Positions 25,001 through 35,544 of a DNA stretch of 45,655 nt are shown one piece after another. Under the pieces are notes generated by a model. The model was not told the origin of the DNA, made no database searches, and saw only the letters and a list, made by a program, of their open reading frames with translations. Source of the stretch: Mesotaenium endlicherianum (taxonomy: Eukaryota); assembly GCA_009602735.1 (NCBI GenBank), contig WELA01001340.1, positions 230,757-276,411 of the forward strand, in the 5' to 3' direction. The number at the start of each line of letters is the position of its first letter. Positions within the stretch are counted from its first letter, which is position 1. Both the position numbers and the translations under genes were made by a program.

Positions 25001-28000
25001 CAATGTACTCGTTGAAGGCGTGGCCCATGCTTGTGCGCATGACAATATTCTTTTAAATTGCTCCCGAAAAAATCTTTCATTTTGACCGAGTTTTTGCTAA
25101 ATTACTCCATGCTGGCGCGAAAAAAAAGGACCAGCCGGATGTCGTCAAGCTGAAGCGTTGACCCCTGGGAGATGTGAGGTGTGATAGATTTGCACGCACG
25201 TGTACGCCCAGCATGCACGCGCGCACGCTCGCGGTCACGCTTGGCACGAACACACGTGCAAGCTCGAAGCCCAGGGCTGACGTTGCAAAACCAGCAACCC
25301 AATGCTCCAATTCTTCCATGCGTGTTTGCCAGGAGGGCGTAGCTCATGTGAGTCCGACGAGTCTACAGCGCCACATGTCGCCCTCACGTGCCATTTGGCG
25401 GCGTGTGCCTCACGATATCCTATCACACGTTGTTTACCGCTTACCTTCTTTTGAGAGAAAGAATTTTGTGCACAGAAAGAGAGAAACACTTTGCCAGGGA
25501 TTGGAAGTCGCCAGCCCATGCTCCTAGCCCACTTCACGGTCCCTTATAGACATCCAGCTCTTGCTCTGTGCACCAGCTCTTTGATCTCTTAAGCGTACGA
25601 GCAGAGGCCCGCAGGCCATGGTTGCAGCTGGTGCCCCCATGCTGGATCCCCCTCCCCATACAGCGAAGCCCGCAGCTGAGCGCAAGCTGAAAGCGTTCGA
25701 CGCCTCAAGGGTTCGGAGGCCTTGGAGCAGCTCTCTGAATTGGGAACTGAATGTTTTGGCTCTTGGCAGATGGCACGTCCCCAGCCTCTAACAGCGCGCC
25801 ACATGGCGCGTTGGCGGCGGCCACAGCAGGCCTCCCCGGCCCGGTGACCAACGGCATTCACGCAGACAGCAAGCTGCCGCCCACCTCGTCACCTGCGGCT
25901 GCTGAGGTGCAGCCAGCTGGCGGTGGCAGAAGTCAGGTGACGATGACACCTTCCAATGGCCACCTGGGGGCATCTGATACGCCTGGCATCGTGTCAGGCA
26001 TGCCAGGTGACACAGCGCACGCAGAGGATGCCACTTGGCAGGAATGCCGCCAGCTTGCGCCCTCGTTGAGCAAGAAGGAGCGGCAGACTGTGTGGCGGCT
26101 GACTGCGCACATCCTTGCTCGCAAAGTCGTCACGAACCCCAATTTCGGCGCTGTCGTCCTTGGCGGCTTCTACTCCTTCCTCTCGTTTGGGTATGCAGAT
26201 AACTTCATAAGCTTTTCTTGGCGGATGCCCCAACCAGGGCACGCCACTTCAGAATAATGACACCGCAATTCCCGTAGACTGGGCATTTTTTCACAGGCAT
26301 GGATACGGCTTGGCTCCGCGTTCTGTGTGTGTGCTGCGCAGCTCTCCCTGTTCTGTGCAGCCAGCTGCTTCCAGCACCTGCTTGTGCCTGTGCTTGTAGC
26401 GTGCGCGCCTGTGCATGCATGTGCCTGTTACGTATATATCAGGGTGTGTGTGTTTATGTGCATGTGTGTGCGCCTGCGTGTGCGTGTGTGTGTGTGTATG
26501 TGTGTGTGTGTATGTGTGTGTGTGTGCATGCGCGTGTGTGCGAGTCCGCAGATGCTCGAGTATGTGAGTGCTCGTGCGTGTGTGCGGGTGTGTGCGGGTG
26601 TGTGCAAGTGTGTGCGTGTGCGTGTGTGTGTGTGTATGTGCGTGTGCGTGTGCGTGTGTGCGTGTTTGTGTGTGTGTGAGTGAGTGCGTGCATGTATGTA
26701 TGTGGGTGACATGCGCGTGCGTGCAGTTGTGGGTGCGTGCATGTGTGTGTGTGTGTTTTTATCTGCATACCTGTTTGTGCCTGTGTGTACGTGCGAGCTC
26801 GTGCGTTCCCGTTCCTGACGCATAGCACGCCTGGTGTGCGCACGCCCCCGTGCTGGTCCACAGGGTGGGGTTCGACATGCCCGTGCTGCTGCACAACTCG
26901 ATCACCATTGTCAGCAACACTGGCCTGGGCATGGCCATGTTCAGCCTGGGTAAGGACGCGGTGCGAGCAGCGAGCCTCCGCGTTCCGAACCCCACTTCTT
27001 TTTGACCCCAAAGCAATCCCAAAATCCTCTCCCTTTACCCAAAGTCAACCCCAAAGTCAACCCTGAATTCAACCCTTGAAGCAACCCTGATTTTAACCCT
27101 AAAAGCAACCATATATTCAACCTCTACCACGCCATGCCCAAAGGGCGAGCCCCAAGGCCTTGGGCCTGTAGCGGCAGGGGCGTGAGAGAACCCATATCCG
27201 CCCTGGTTGTGACTTCCGCAATTATCCCCATTCCACAACTGCGAAGATAATTCAGTAACTCAGCCGAGGGTTTATGAGGCAGAGGTGCAACAACTGTGCG
27301 AAGCCACATTGCAGCTGTCGAAGTACTTCCACCGGGAGTAGGAGGCAAGAGCCGCACGCCTGCTGCTGGGCTAGACTTCATGGGCGAGGAAGCAGGAGAA
27401 GAAAACGACGAGGGCAACATTGGATTATTGTGAGGAGGGGGTTCAAAAAGAGCACGTTTATATTGGGGGGGGGGGAGGGAGAGGCTAATGATGGAGGAGC
27501 GAGGGAGGAAGTGAGGGAACAGTTTCCCCCAGTCTAATGTGGGCCATGTGTGGGGCCGTTGGTTAGGAGAAGCATTTCCTACAGAGTCTAGGGTTTCTGG
27601 TTCTGGGTCGGGGATGGGGTTTTGTGAGGTGGGGCCAAGTCCGAGGTTCCTGACTTAAATGCTCTATTGGCAGAAGTGGCTGGTTCTGGTCTTGGCCTCA
27701 TTTCAGAGGACTCGACGTGGGCTGAAGACAGAAAGCTTGAGAGTTTGAAGCTTTATTACGGGGTCCTCTGCTCCATGTGTAGAGCAGAGAGTCAACGTTT
27801 AAGAAGCAGCATAGCTGGCATGCATAGCTGGCATGCATAGCTGGCATGCATAGGTGGCAGCATAGCTGGCATGCATAGCTGGCCACATAGCTGGCATGCA
27901 TAGCTGGCATGCACAGCTGGTGTGCATAGCTGGCATGCAGGATCATCAGGCTCCCTTTTGGCTCTGTGTGCCTCTGGGTGCGTCGTCTCTGCATCTCTCG

Positions 28001-30311
28001 GACGCGCGCAGGGACCTTCATGGCAACTCAGAACAGGTGGCTGCCATGCGGTGCGTGGGTGACCGCCTGGACCTTCGCGCTCAAGTTCCTGGCCACTCCC
28101 GCGCTGACAGCTGGCTGCGCCGTCGCCCTCACCCTCAAGGGCGACGTCCTCAAAATCGCAGCCGTGCAGGTGCTTGTTGCATTACCCCTTCCCCCCTTCT
28201 GGGGTCCTTTCACCTCCCCGTGCACAACTCCCTTCCTCCCTACCGTCCCTCTCCTCCAGCTGTCTCGTGTAAGGATCTCTCTCTGACAAGTGTCACTTGC
28301 AGGTCGGTCTACGTACCATGATTCTTTCTGAGATCTTGGCTCGTGCTGTGGTCGCCCGCGAGAGGGGCCGAAACTTTTTGGGGGTGGGGGTTTGAGGGGC
28401 TGGAGCGGTGGTCGGCCATTACCTACTTGGCGGGATCAAAAACTCTCAAAGTTGGACGTTCGGGTCCCACAGGCCTCCAGCTCCTCTCCTCCCTTCCCCC
28501 TACCTCTACCCACCAACCCCCATATCCCAACCCCCACCCCCNNNNNNNNNNNNNNNNNNNNNNNNNNNNNNNNNNNNNNNNNNNNNNNNNNNNNNNNNNN
28601 NNNNNNNNNNNNNNNNNNNNNNNNNNNNNNNNNNNNNNNNNNNNNNNNNNNNNNNNNNNNNNNNNNNNNNNNNNNNNNCCACCCCCACCCCTATCCCCCC
28701 TGTGATGTTGTCCTCATCTTTCCTCTAAAGCCTGCGGTTATAGATCTCCCATGGGCTTCAGCTCGCGCCTCTCAGATCGCATCTCTCCCTCTGCCATCAG
28801 AATGGTGCTTCTGTTCTATCTTGGGGACCTGCTCCAGCTGGCGCTTGCTGCCGTGCCGGCCCTTCGCGCATCCGTCCCACTACAAGCTTGCGCATTTTTG
28901 CACGCGCCATGCTGAGGCTCGTTCGCACGAGGTGATGACATGATGTATAAGATGTATTGCATGGTACATTCAGACTTATCTTGCATGGTGTGTTTATCAT
29001 CGTGCAACGGCGCATGGCGTCGTGATGCGAGCGGGGAGGCGTGCGCGGGGGGGCGTGCAGGCAGCGCTGCCGCAGGGCATTGTGGGGTTTGTGTTTGCCA
29101 AAGAGTACAATGTCCACCCGGAGGTCCTCTGCACCGGGTGAGTTTCCACGTCTTCTCCAAAACTCTCACGCCCCCCCAGCAACCCTTAGCTGTCAAACCT
29201 CTGGCCCCTGCTGGGTTCCACTTCTGACCTAATCAAGGCAGCCCTTGGCGAAATACAGGATGCTGGCAGCTTTTTTCTCCTCTCCACGTTGTCCACGTTT
29301 CGCCTGTACGTTGCTGTCCCTAGAATGTGCGTGTGTGCGTGTGTGTGTGTGCGTGCGCGCGGGCGTGTGTGTGTTCTAACATTTCTGTATGGATGTTTTT
29401 ACGTAGCCGTGAGAATCTACATCTGTCGCTGCCTCTGCCTGTGTCAGAGGGTGTCTTTGCTGACGTCTCTACGTGCCTGTCGCTGTGTGCCTTCCCCTCT
29501 TTTTCCCGCCTCCGCCTCTATCTTGTCTGTCTGCTTTTGTGCCTGCCTCTCCTTCGCCTTCGTCTCACCCCTTCTCCGCCCTCCTCCCTGCCCATCTCTC
29601 TCTTTCTCTCTCTGACCCCGTTCGTGTCTTCTCCCTTCGGTGGGGGGTGCCATCGAGGCAATCATCCTGCTTGATTGTTATGAACCTCCTCTTCTCTCAT
29701 GCTTCAGTTCTCCCCCTTTCCTCTTTAGCCCCTCCCCAGCCCTCGAATTGATAAAGCGCCGCTCGGGGTGGTTGAAAAGCTCGTTGTGCTCTTCTCAGCT
29801 CTCCCATCAGGTCTGGTCGGTCAGTTGCTCCATGTTGTCAATAATGGCTGGACCTGCACGGACTACTGGGCTGCCATGTGGCGGTCTGGGAGGCTGCCGT
29901 GCGGCCCGCGTATGCAAGAAGTCCAGCGGGGGCGTCACTTCTCCACTTAAACGCGTTCTGTCTCAAATGGTGGTCTTTGACTGGATTGGAAAGTTTTGTG
30001 GTCGTTCTAAGCACCTCTGAGCACATGGTCTCTTGCGGGGCACCGATGACTCTGACAGCACTCGTGAGGTGGTGGCTGTGGGGGTGCTGGATTGGTTGAA
30101 AGCCGCTGGCGTCCCTTGCTGTCTCTGTCTTGCTGTTGCTGAGACGAGCGCGGACTGAACGCTTGCCGGAATCCAGAGGGGTATGTGGCATATGAAAATT
30201 TAGAGTTGCAGGAGTGAGTGTGTGACTGCGCGTTACTGATGCTCATACGCTATTTGCTACTGTGGGAAAAGATTTTGTTTGTTTTCTTATGCCTCTCCTC
30301 TCCGCGCGCGC

Positions 30312-30353
<42 letters not shown>

Positions 30354-30423
30354 CAGGGTCACTCTGGGGACGCTGCTGTCGTTCCCGATACTGCTCCTCT
30401 ACTACATCCTGCTGGGCCTGTAG
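21128..30423 (+). CDS. PIN: PIN-FORMED family auxin efflux carrier
   Basis: Exons 21128-21298 ([52 protein letters not shown]...), 22411-22618 (...ADLVSK...SLPNTLIVG), one exon missing in gap 22654-23204 or 23789-24155, 24637-24964 ([15 protein letters not shown] plus loop; donor position less certain), 25770-26190 (...RKVVTNPN...), 26864-26949 (...[10 protein letters not shown]), 28012-28169, 29061-29137 ([26 protein letters not shown]), 30357-30423 (...LYYILLGL*). The last four exons are 86/158/77/67 nt, as recalled for land-plant PINs. Confidence 0.97.
24844..24903 (+). repeat. Coding 9-bp tandem repeat (Gly-Gln-Glu)n in the PIN hydrophilic loop
   Basis: GGA CAG GAG-type units translate as [20 protein letters not shown]. 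Confidence 0.85.
27809..27940. repeat. 13-bp minisatellite (gcatagctggcat)n, about 10 copies, in a PIN intron
   Basis: Directly visible tandem units with a few variants. Confidence 0.9.
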
Positions 30424-31068
30424 ACTGCGCCTCTACCATTGGGTGGCATGAGAGCGAGCGTGCCTGCCAGTCAGCGTCCCAGGTGGGCATCAGGACCTTT
30501 CAAGGGAGAAGGACAGGTGTCAGTCGTGGGCTAGCGGACCGCGGTGTGCTGTAGCCTGAGTGAGGGCAAGCCAAGACTTAGGCCATCCGCATGTGCGCTT
30601 GCACGTGTGTGCGTGCATGCACGCGCGGTGCGTGTGGGGTGTGCGCGCGCAAGTGAAAGTCAGTGTTTGTGATATTCTGACACGTTTATAAGCACTCAAG
30701 TTCGTTAATATGAGGTACACAACATCTTCTTTTTCCACATGTGTGTACCCTTCATCGGTTCAGGTGCAGCAAAGGCTGGCTGGGGGCTGGAAGGAGTTGG
30801 GCAATCGGTATACTCAGCATTTTTGCGCACCATGCATGTGTGCGTGTGTGCGTGCACGCATACGTGTGTGTATGCCTGTGTGCGCTTGAGTACGCATACG
30901 TGTCCGTGTGAGTGTGCATGTGCGTTTGTGCGCTTGTGCGCTTGCTTGCACGCTCGAATAAAATTTGTGCCTACACATGTACGTGTGCGTCAGCGCAATT
31001 GCGTTCACGCGCACGCGCACGCGCCCCCCTTTGTCCAGAGAGAGCAAACAAAGAGGAAGGGAGTGCAC

Positions 31069-31467
31069 CTTTCTCCGCGAGAACGAGCGCCACCCGCTGA
31101 ACGTAGGGGCACAGGCCGTGCGTGAAGAACACGAGGTCGCCCTCGCGCGCCTCTGCCCCTCCTGCAGGGCGGGCCTGAGAGGAGCTTCGAGAGGAGACCT
31201 GATACGCAATCTGAGAGGAGGTTTGAGGACGTGTGAGCGCTCCTCTTTGGGCCTGGTGCCCAGCCTGCTTGCGAGGAGATTTGAGCGCTCCTCATTGGGC
31301 CCGGTGCTTGGCCAGCAGGGCTACGGAGTGCCGCGGCCCGTCCCTTACGGGCCACGCTCGGCAGAGGGGCACCTTGTTGCGATCGCTTGCTCCCTGCTGA
31401 GCGGGCGTGGCCGAAAGGGCCGCCCCAGGAGCAACCCAGGGAGGACGTGCGGTTGCTCAAAGAGTGT
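31069..31467 (-). pseudogene. Orphan exon encoding a glutathione S-transferase-like N-terminal motif (Cys-type, omega/lambda/DHAR-like); probable gene fragment
   Basis: Minus strand 31144-31069 reads EGDLVFFTHGLCPYVQRVALVLAEK-G, followed by a GT donor. That frame has upstream TGA stops, while a different frame is open from an AG acceptor at 31467, suggesting a frameshift. No downstream GST exons were recognised. Confidence 0.6.
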
Positions 31468-34400
31468 CTGTGCACACACCGAAGGAATACATCACGAGAC
31501 ACGTTCATACTAATTAAGCAGTCAGATGACTTCCACATGCAAAATCAGGTGCAAAGATACGTACATACATGTACAATCCACGATCGCTATGAGACTGCTC
31601 TAAGAAAGACGCACAGGCTGCGGATCAGTGGTGCTGAGAGGGCCACAAGCGTGCATGCAGCACGCAGACTGGTGCAGGATTCGAGAATTATGAAGTGCGC
31701 TACGAAGGAGGCGAGATCGCCTTTCAACTTTTCATCTGGCACTTTGTTCCCGTCTCGCCGGGAGTGATTCCTCTGAAGCCGAGAAGGGGCTACCTTGTAA
31801 CGGTAGCTACCGGCGCCGCAGAAACTTCCTGAGTTTTAATATTTACACACATATAAAGACGCACACAATCATACGAGCATTCACGCGCGAACAAACAAAT
31901 GCGCACTATGACACTCGTGAACAAATACGTGCTTGTGTTGCATATGTACACACGAGCATGTACTCATGATACAACGTGAAGACACATGTAGGGGTTCGAG
32001 CAGCTTCATCCATCTCTCATATCCCTCTCTTTCTCACATGCAGATGCGCACACTAGACATGCAATTGTACGGTATTCGTCACAGGTAACAACCTAGCGCA
32101 CAAAGGGTATCGTATGTACCTCCCCCTCCCCCGCCCTCTTTATCAGATGCAAACACTAATGAGCAAGCTGGCGCGTAAGTCGCGGTGTAAGAGTCACATC
32201 AGATCATTGCAACAAAGCTGTCTGCTGCCGCCAAAGAGGACTAATTATAAAGGAACAATTACAAAGTAGGCATATATTTATGGCTGCGCGTGATAAAATG
32301 AGTGTATAGCAAACTCCACTATACCTGCTTGAGCTACAACATTGCGACAGACATTGAATTTAGTTCTTAACCAGCACTTCCGAGTGCTTCCCAGTGTGCT
32401 CCCCACTACATTGAGGGATAGCAGGTCATGGACACCACGACGAATTAAGACGAATTGGGACAAATTCTCAGGGCCACTTAGGTTGAATTAAGGGGCGTGT
32501 CGCAATCGCCTGTAGTCGGTAATATGTACAGCATGGGCATGGGAGTCGAAGTGTACAACCTTTGTTGCTCCCTCGTGGATAATATCGTCAATGTTCAAGA
32601 GGCACTTTAGTGTCTCATGAAGTATAAACCGGACCTTAAAGTTTGAGGTCAATCTGGTTAGGCCAATTAATGTTGTGAGGCTCTATGCGCAATTCGATGA
32701 ATTATGTTGGCGGCTCACCACGGATTCTTAAACATTGTAATTGTCCTCATATATAATTTGAAGTCTTGGGATAACTTGATTCTTCATTCAACATCCTTTC
32801 GAGAAGTCATTGTGTATCTTGGTGTTTGTACGTAACTGTTGTGATCGCATATAATTTACGTCGTGACAATTGAATATGAAGACTATGGCTGTGTCATGAT
32901 TGAACAGAATTTTGCCAGCATAAAAAACACAATACAATCTGGTCTATAAAAAAGCTTGAAATATATACGTGAGGATACATGCAACACGGGTTTTTACACA
33001 AATGTTGGGGCCTAGTAAGAATGCTCTCCTTGCATCCTCCTCCTTCACTCCTCCTACCCCTTTCCCCACCCCTCCCGGCCCCCTTCCCCTCCCCCACTCC
33101 ATTCCTCCCCCAGCTTTTCTGATAACAGGCACCCGATCAGACGAGAGTCGGATACCCGCGACTCGGAAAACAACATGAGCGTTGCCCAGCAGCTACTGCC
33201 GCTTCACAAAGTGCGTCACACACAAGTGGCCCAAAAAGGAGCAGGAGGGCCCCATCTGACCTTGCTGGAAGCGACCAAGCGGCGCCCTCCGGGGGCGGGC
33301 CTTCTTCTATGGAGCAGCAGGCCCAGACGGCTGTGCAAGTGCTTGCTCCTCGCTCCCTGCCCCAGCAGCCCTGCACGTGCCTGTCTGTCCCTGGTTTTGC
33401 CATATAAGCTGCAGCAGCAGCAGGAGGAGCACCCCCAGCTGCTGCTGCTGCTGCTCCTGCTGCCGCACGTGCTGCCAGAGAGAGCTGCGACAGCTGGCGC
33501 CCAGGGAGCCCCGCCACGTGGAGCTTGGTGAGCCTGATGGGACCGCGTCTGAGCTGCTGCTGCCACCCGGGCTCGCGCCGGGGCTCCTGCACCCCACTCG
33601 GCTTCCTCGTCCCGCCAGGTGTCGCCCGCCAGCAGCGCCAGGAGAGCCACGCCCAGGAGAGGCGCACGCGGGGCCGAGCCCCGCCTCTGGTGCGATCAGA
33701 GCCCCGGAAGCTCTTATGACACCCGGGACTCTCTCCAGGGAGGGGGCGGGGACGAGGCTCGCCATGCGTGAGGAGCGATGATGATGGTGACGGCGCTGCT
33801 CCTTGCCCGCGCCGGCGCCGCAGGTTCTTAGTGTGAACGGGGGCTGCGTGGGAGCTAGGCACTTGAACCTGCCAGCTTCCGAGGGGGGCTCCCTACCACC
33901 AGGCGCTCTCAGTCTCAGTGCGAACAGGGTCTGGTTGGCAGCGAGACAGGCGGAAGATGCCACCATGCTGGGCTAAGGGTGAGGGCCGAAGCCTCTCTCG
34001 CAAGACCTTAAACCCCAGGATGAAGCCTAGTCCCAAACCCCTAGCCCGAGGCCGACGCTGACTAGACCCGTGCGCCTTCCCCTCCGCTGATGTTGATTCT
34101 CCTCTCCCTTTCTGTGTTAGCTTGAGCCGCCTCCTGCAAGAGGGCGCAGGGGCGGTGGGAAGGGGCGGTCCTTGAGAGCCATTTCCATCAGAGCGCACAT
34201 TGCGAGGGACAGGTGGCGAGGGCAGAGCCTCTGATGGTCGCCACTGCCACTGTCACTGCCACTGCGACGTTTTCGGCCATTGGCGCCCCTTACTTCCAGC
34301 AGCGACGAGCTGCAACACCAGAGCAAGTACAGGAACACATGTTGAATTGAGCTGGAGGGGGGAGACGAGAGGGAAGAGAGGAAAACAGAGCGAGAGAGGG

Positions 34401-35544
34401 AGAGAGATAGATAGGACAGAACAATTGCCGGGCTGGGGATGATAAAACATGGCTTGCGATGAAGATCGATGATCATGTTTGGCTCGGGATGATGAAGACG
34501 TTTGGCTCGGGATGATGGGCCCAGTCTGACAACAGATGGACAGGCAGATGGGCCCAGCTAGGTCAATTCCTGAGCATTCAGAGCCCGTGCATTGCAGCCA
34601 GTGTGAACAGAACCTAAGGTTCCTAGCAGAATCAGCCACCCAGCCACCTCATCACCAGCTTGAAGTGTTTGAGATATAAACTTAGGCCCTAACTTTCAAC
34701 GGTTTGCTACTAACACGGCGGACGTAACCACAAGGTAGGACTGACACTCTCACCTAGGTGTTCTTGCTACTGCAATGCTGCTTTTCTTGCAGGCAAAGAT
34801 GTGGCTACGCCTTTATGACTGTGTCTCCTTAACCTTAAATGACATGATTTACTGAAGCGGCACAGCTATAGGCTGCAATGTTGTTGCAATAATCGGACCT
34901 TAGTGGTATGGGGTCAGCATATTTGAACTTAAGAGGGGAAACTGATAAAGCTCCATCAAAGTAGTACAACAATCCAGTACAATTGAAAGGATCAAGCACT
35001 TTGTTCCCGCCTTCCTCTTACTATCTATAGCCGTAAACCTCCCCAATGGAGAGAAACATGGCCCCTACTCCCTAGGCCTTTTCTTCCAAGTCTCCATTCC
35101 TCCCTCTTCCGCAGAAAAAGAATCTGGCCTTGTCATGAATTGCCTGGGCACAATTGCGGAAGTGCAGTGTGCAAGGCAGTCCCCCAAGATCAGCGAGTAG
35201 TGATGAAACATAGGGAAATATGGTCTCTTACGAATACTATGCCCAGTTTTACCCTCGTCTCTCTTCCAACCAATAGAATCCATTGATTAGAGCCTGCGTG
35301 GGGGCAGTCTGTCACATTGCATCGAAGTTGACGTCAATACTTCTGTGTCAAGAATGAACGCCCCCGTGGAACCCGACGCTCATTGATAGCCCCTCTATAG
35401 GAGGTACCTCTGGGAGTGCTTGAAAGTGCCTGGGAGTGCCCCAGAAGCACACTCCGGAACTCACATGTACCTCTAGAGCTTGCACGTAGAGATTTATGCA
35501 CGGATGTAAAGAGCAGTATTCGTTCCAGATAAGTTGCATTTGCA

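Noticed and set aside
32545..32670. Minus-strand IGLTRLTSNF...CLLNIDDII resembling an RT YxDD region
   Set aside because: The spacing and residues fit poorly and there is no supporting flanking motif; it could be chance.
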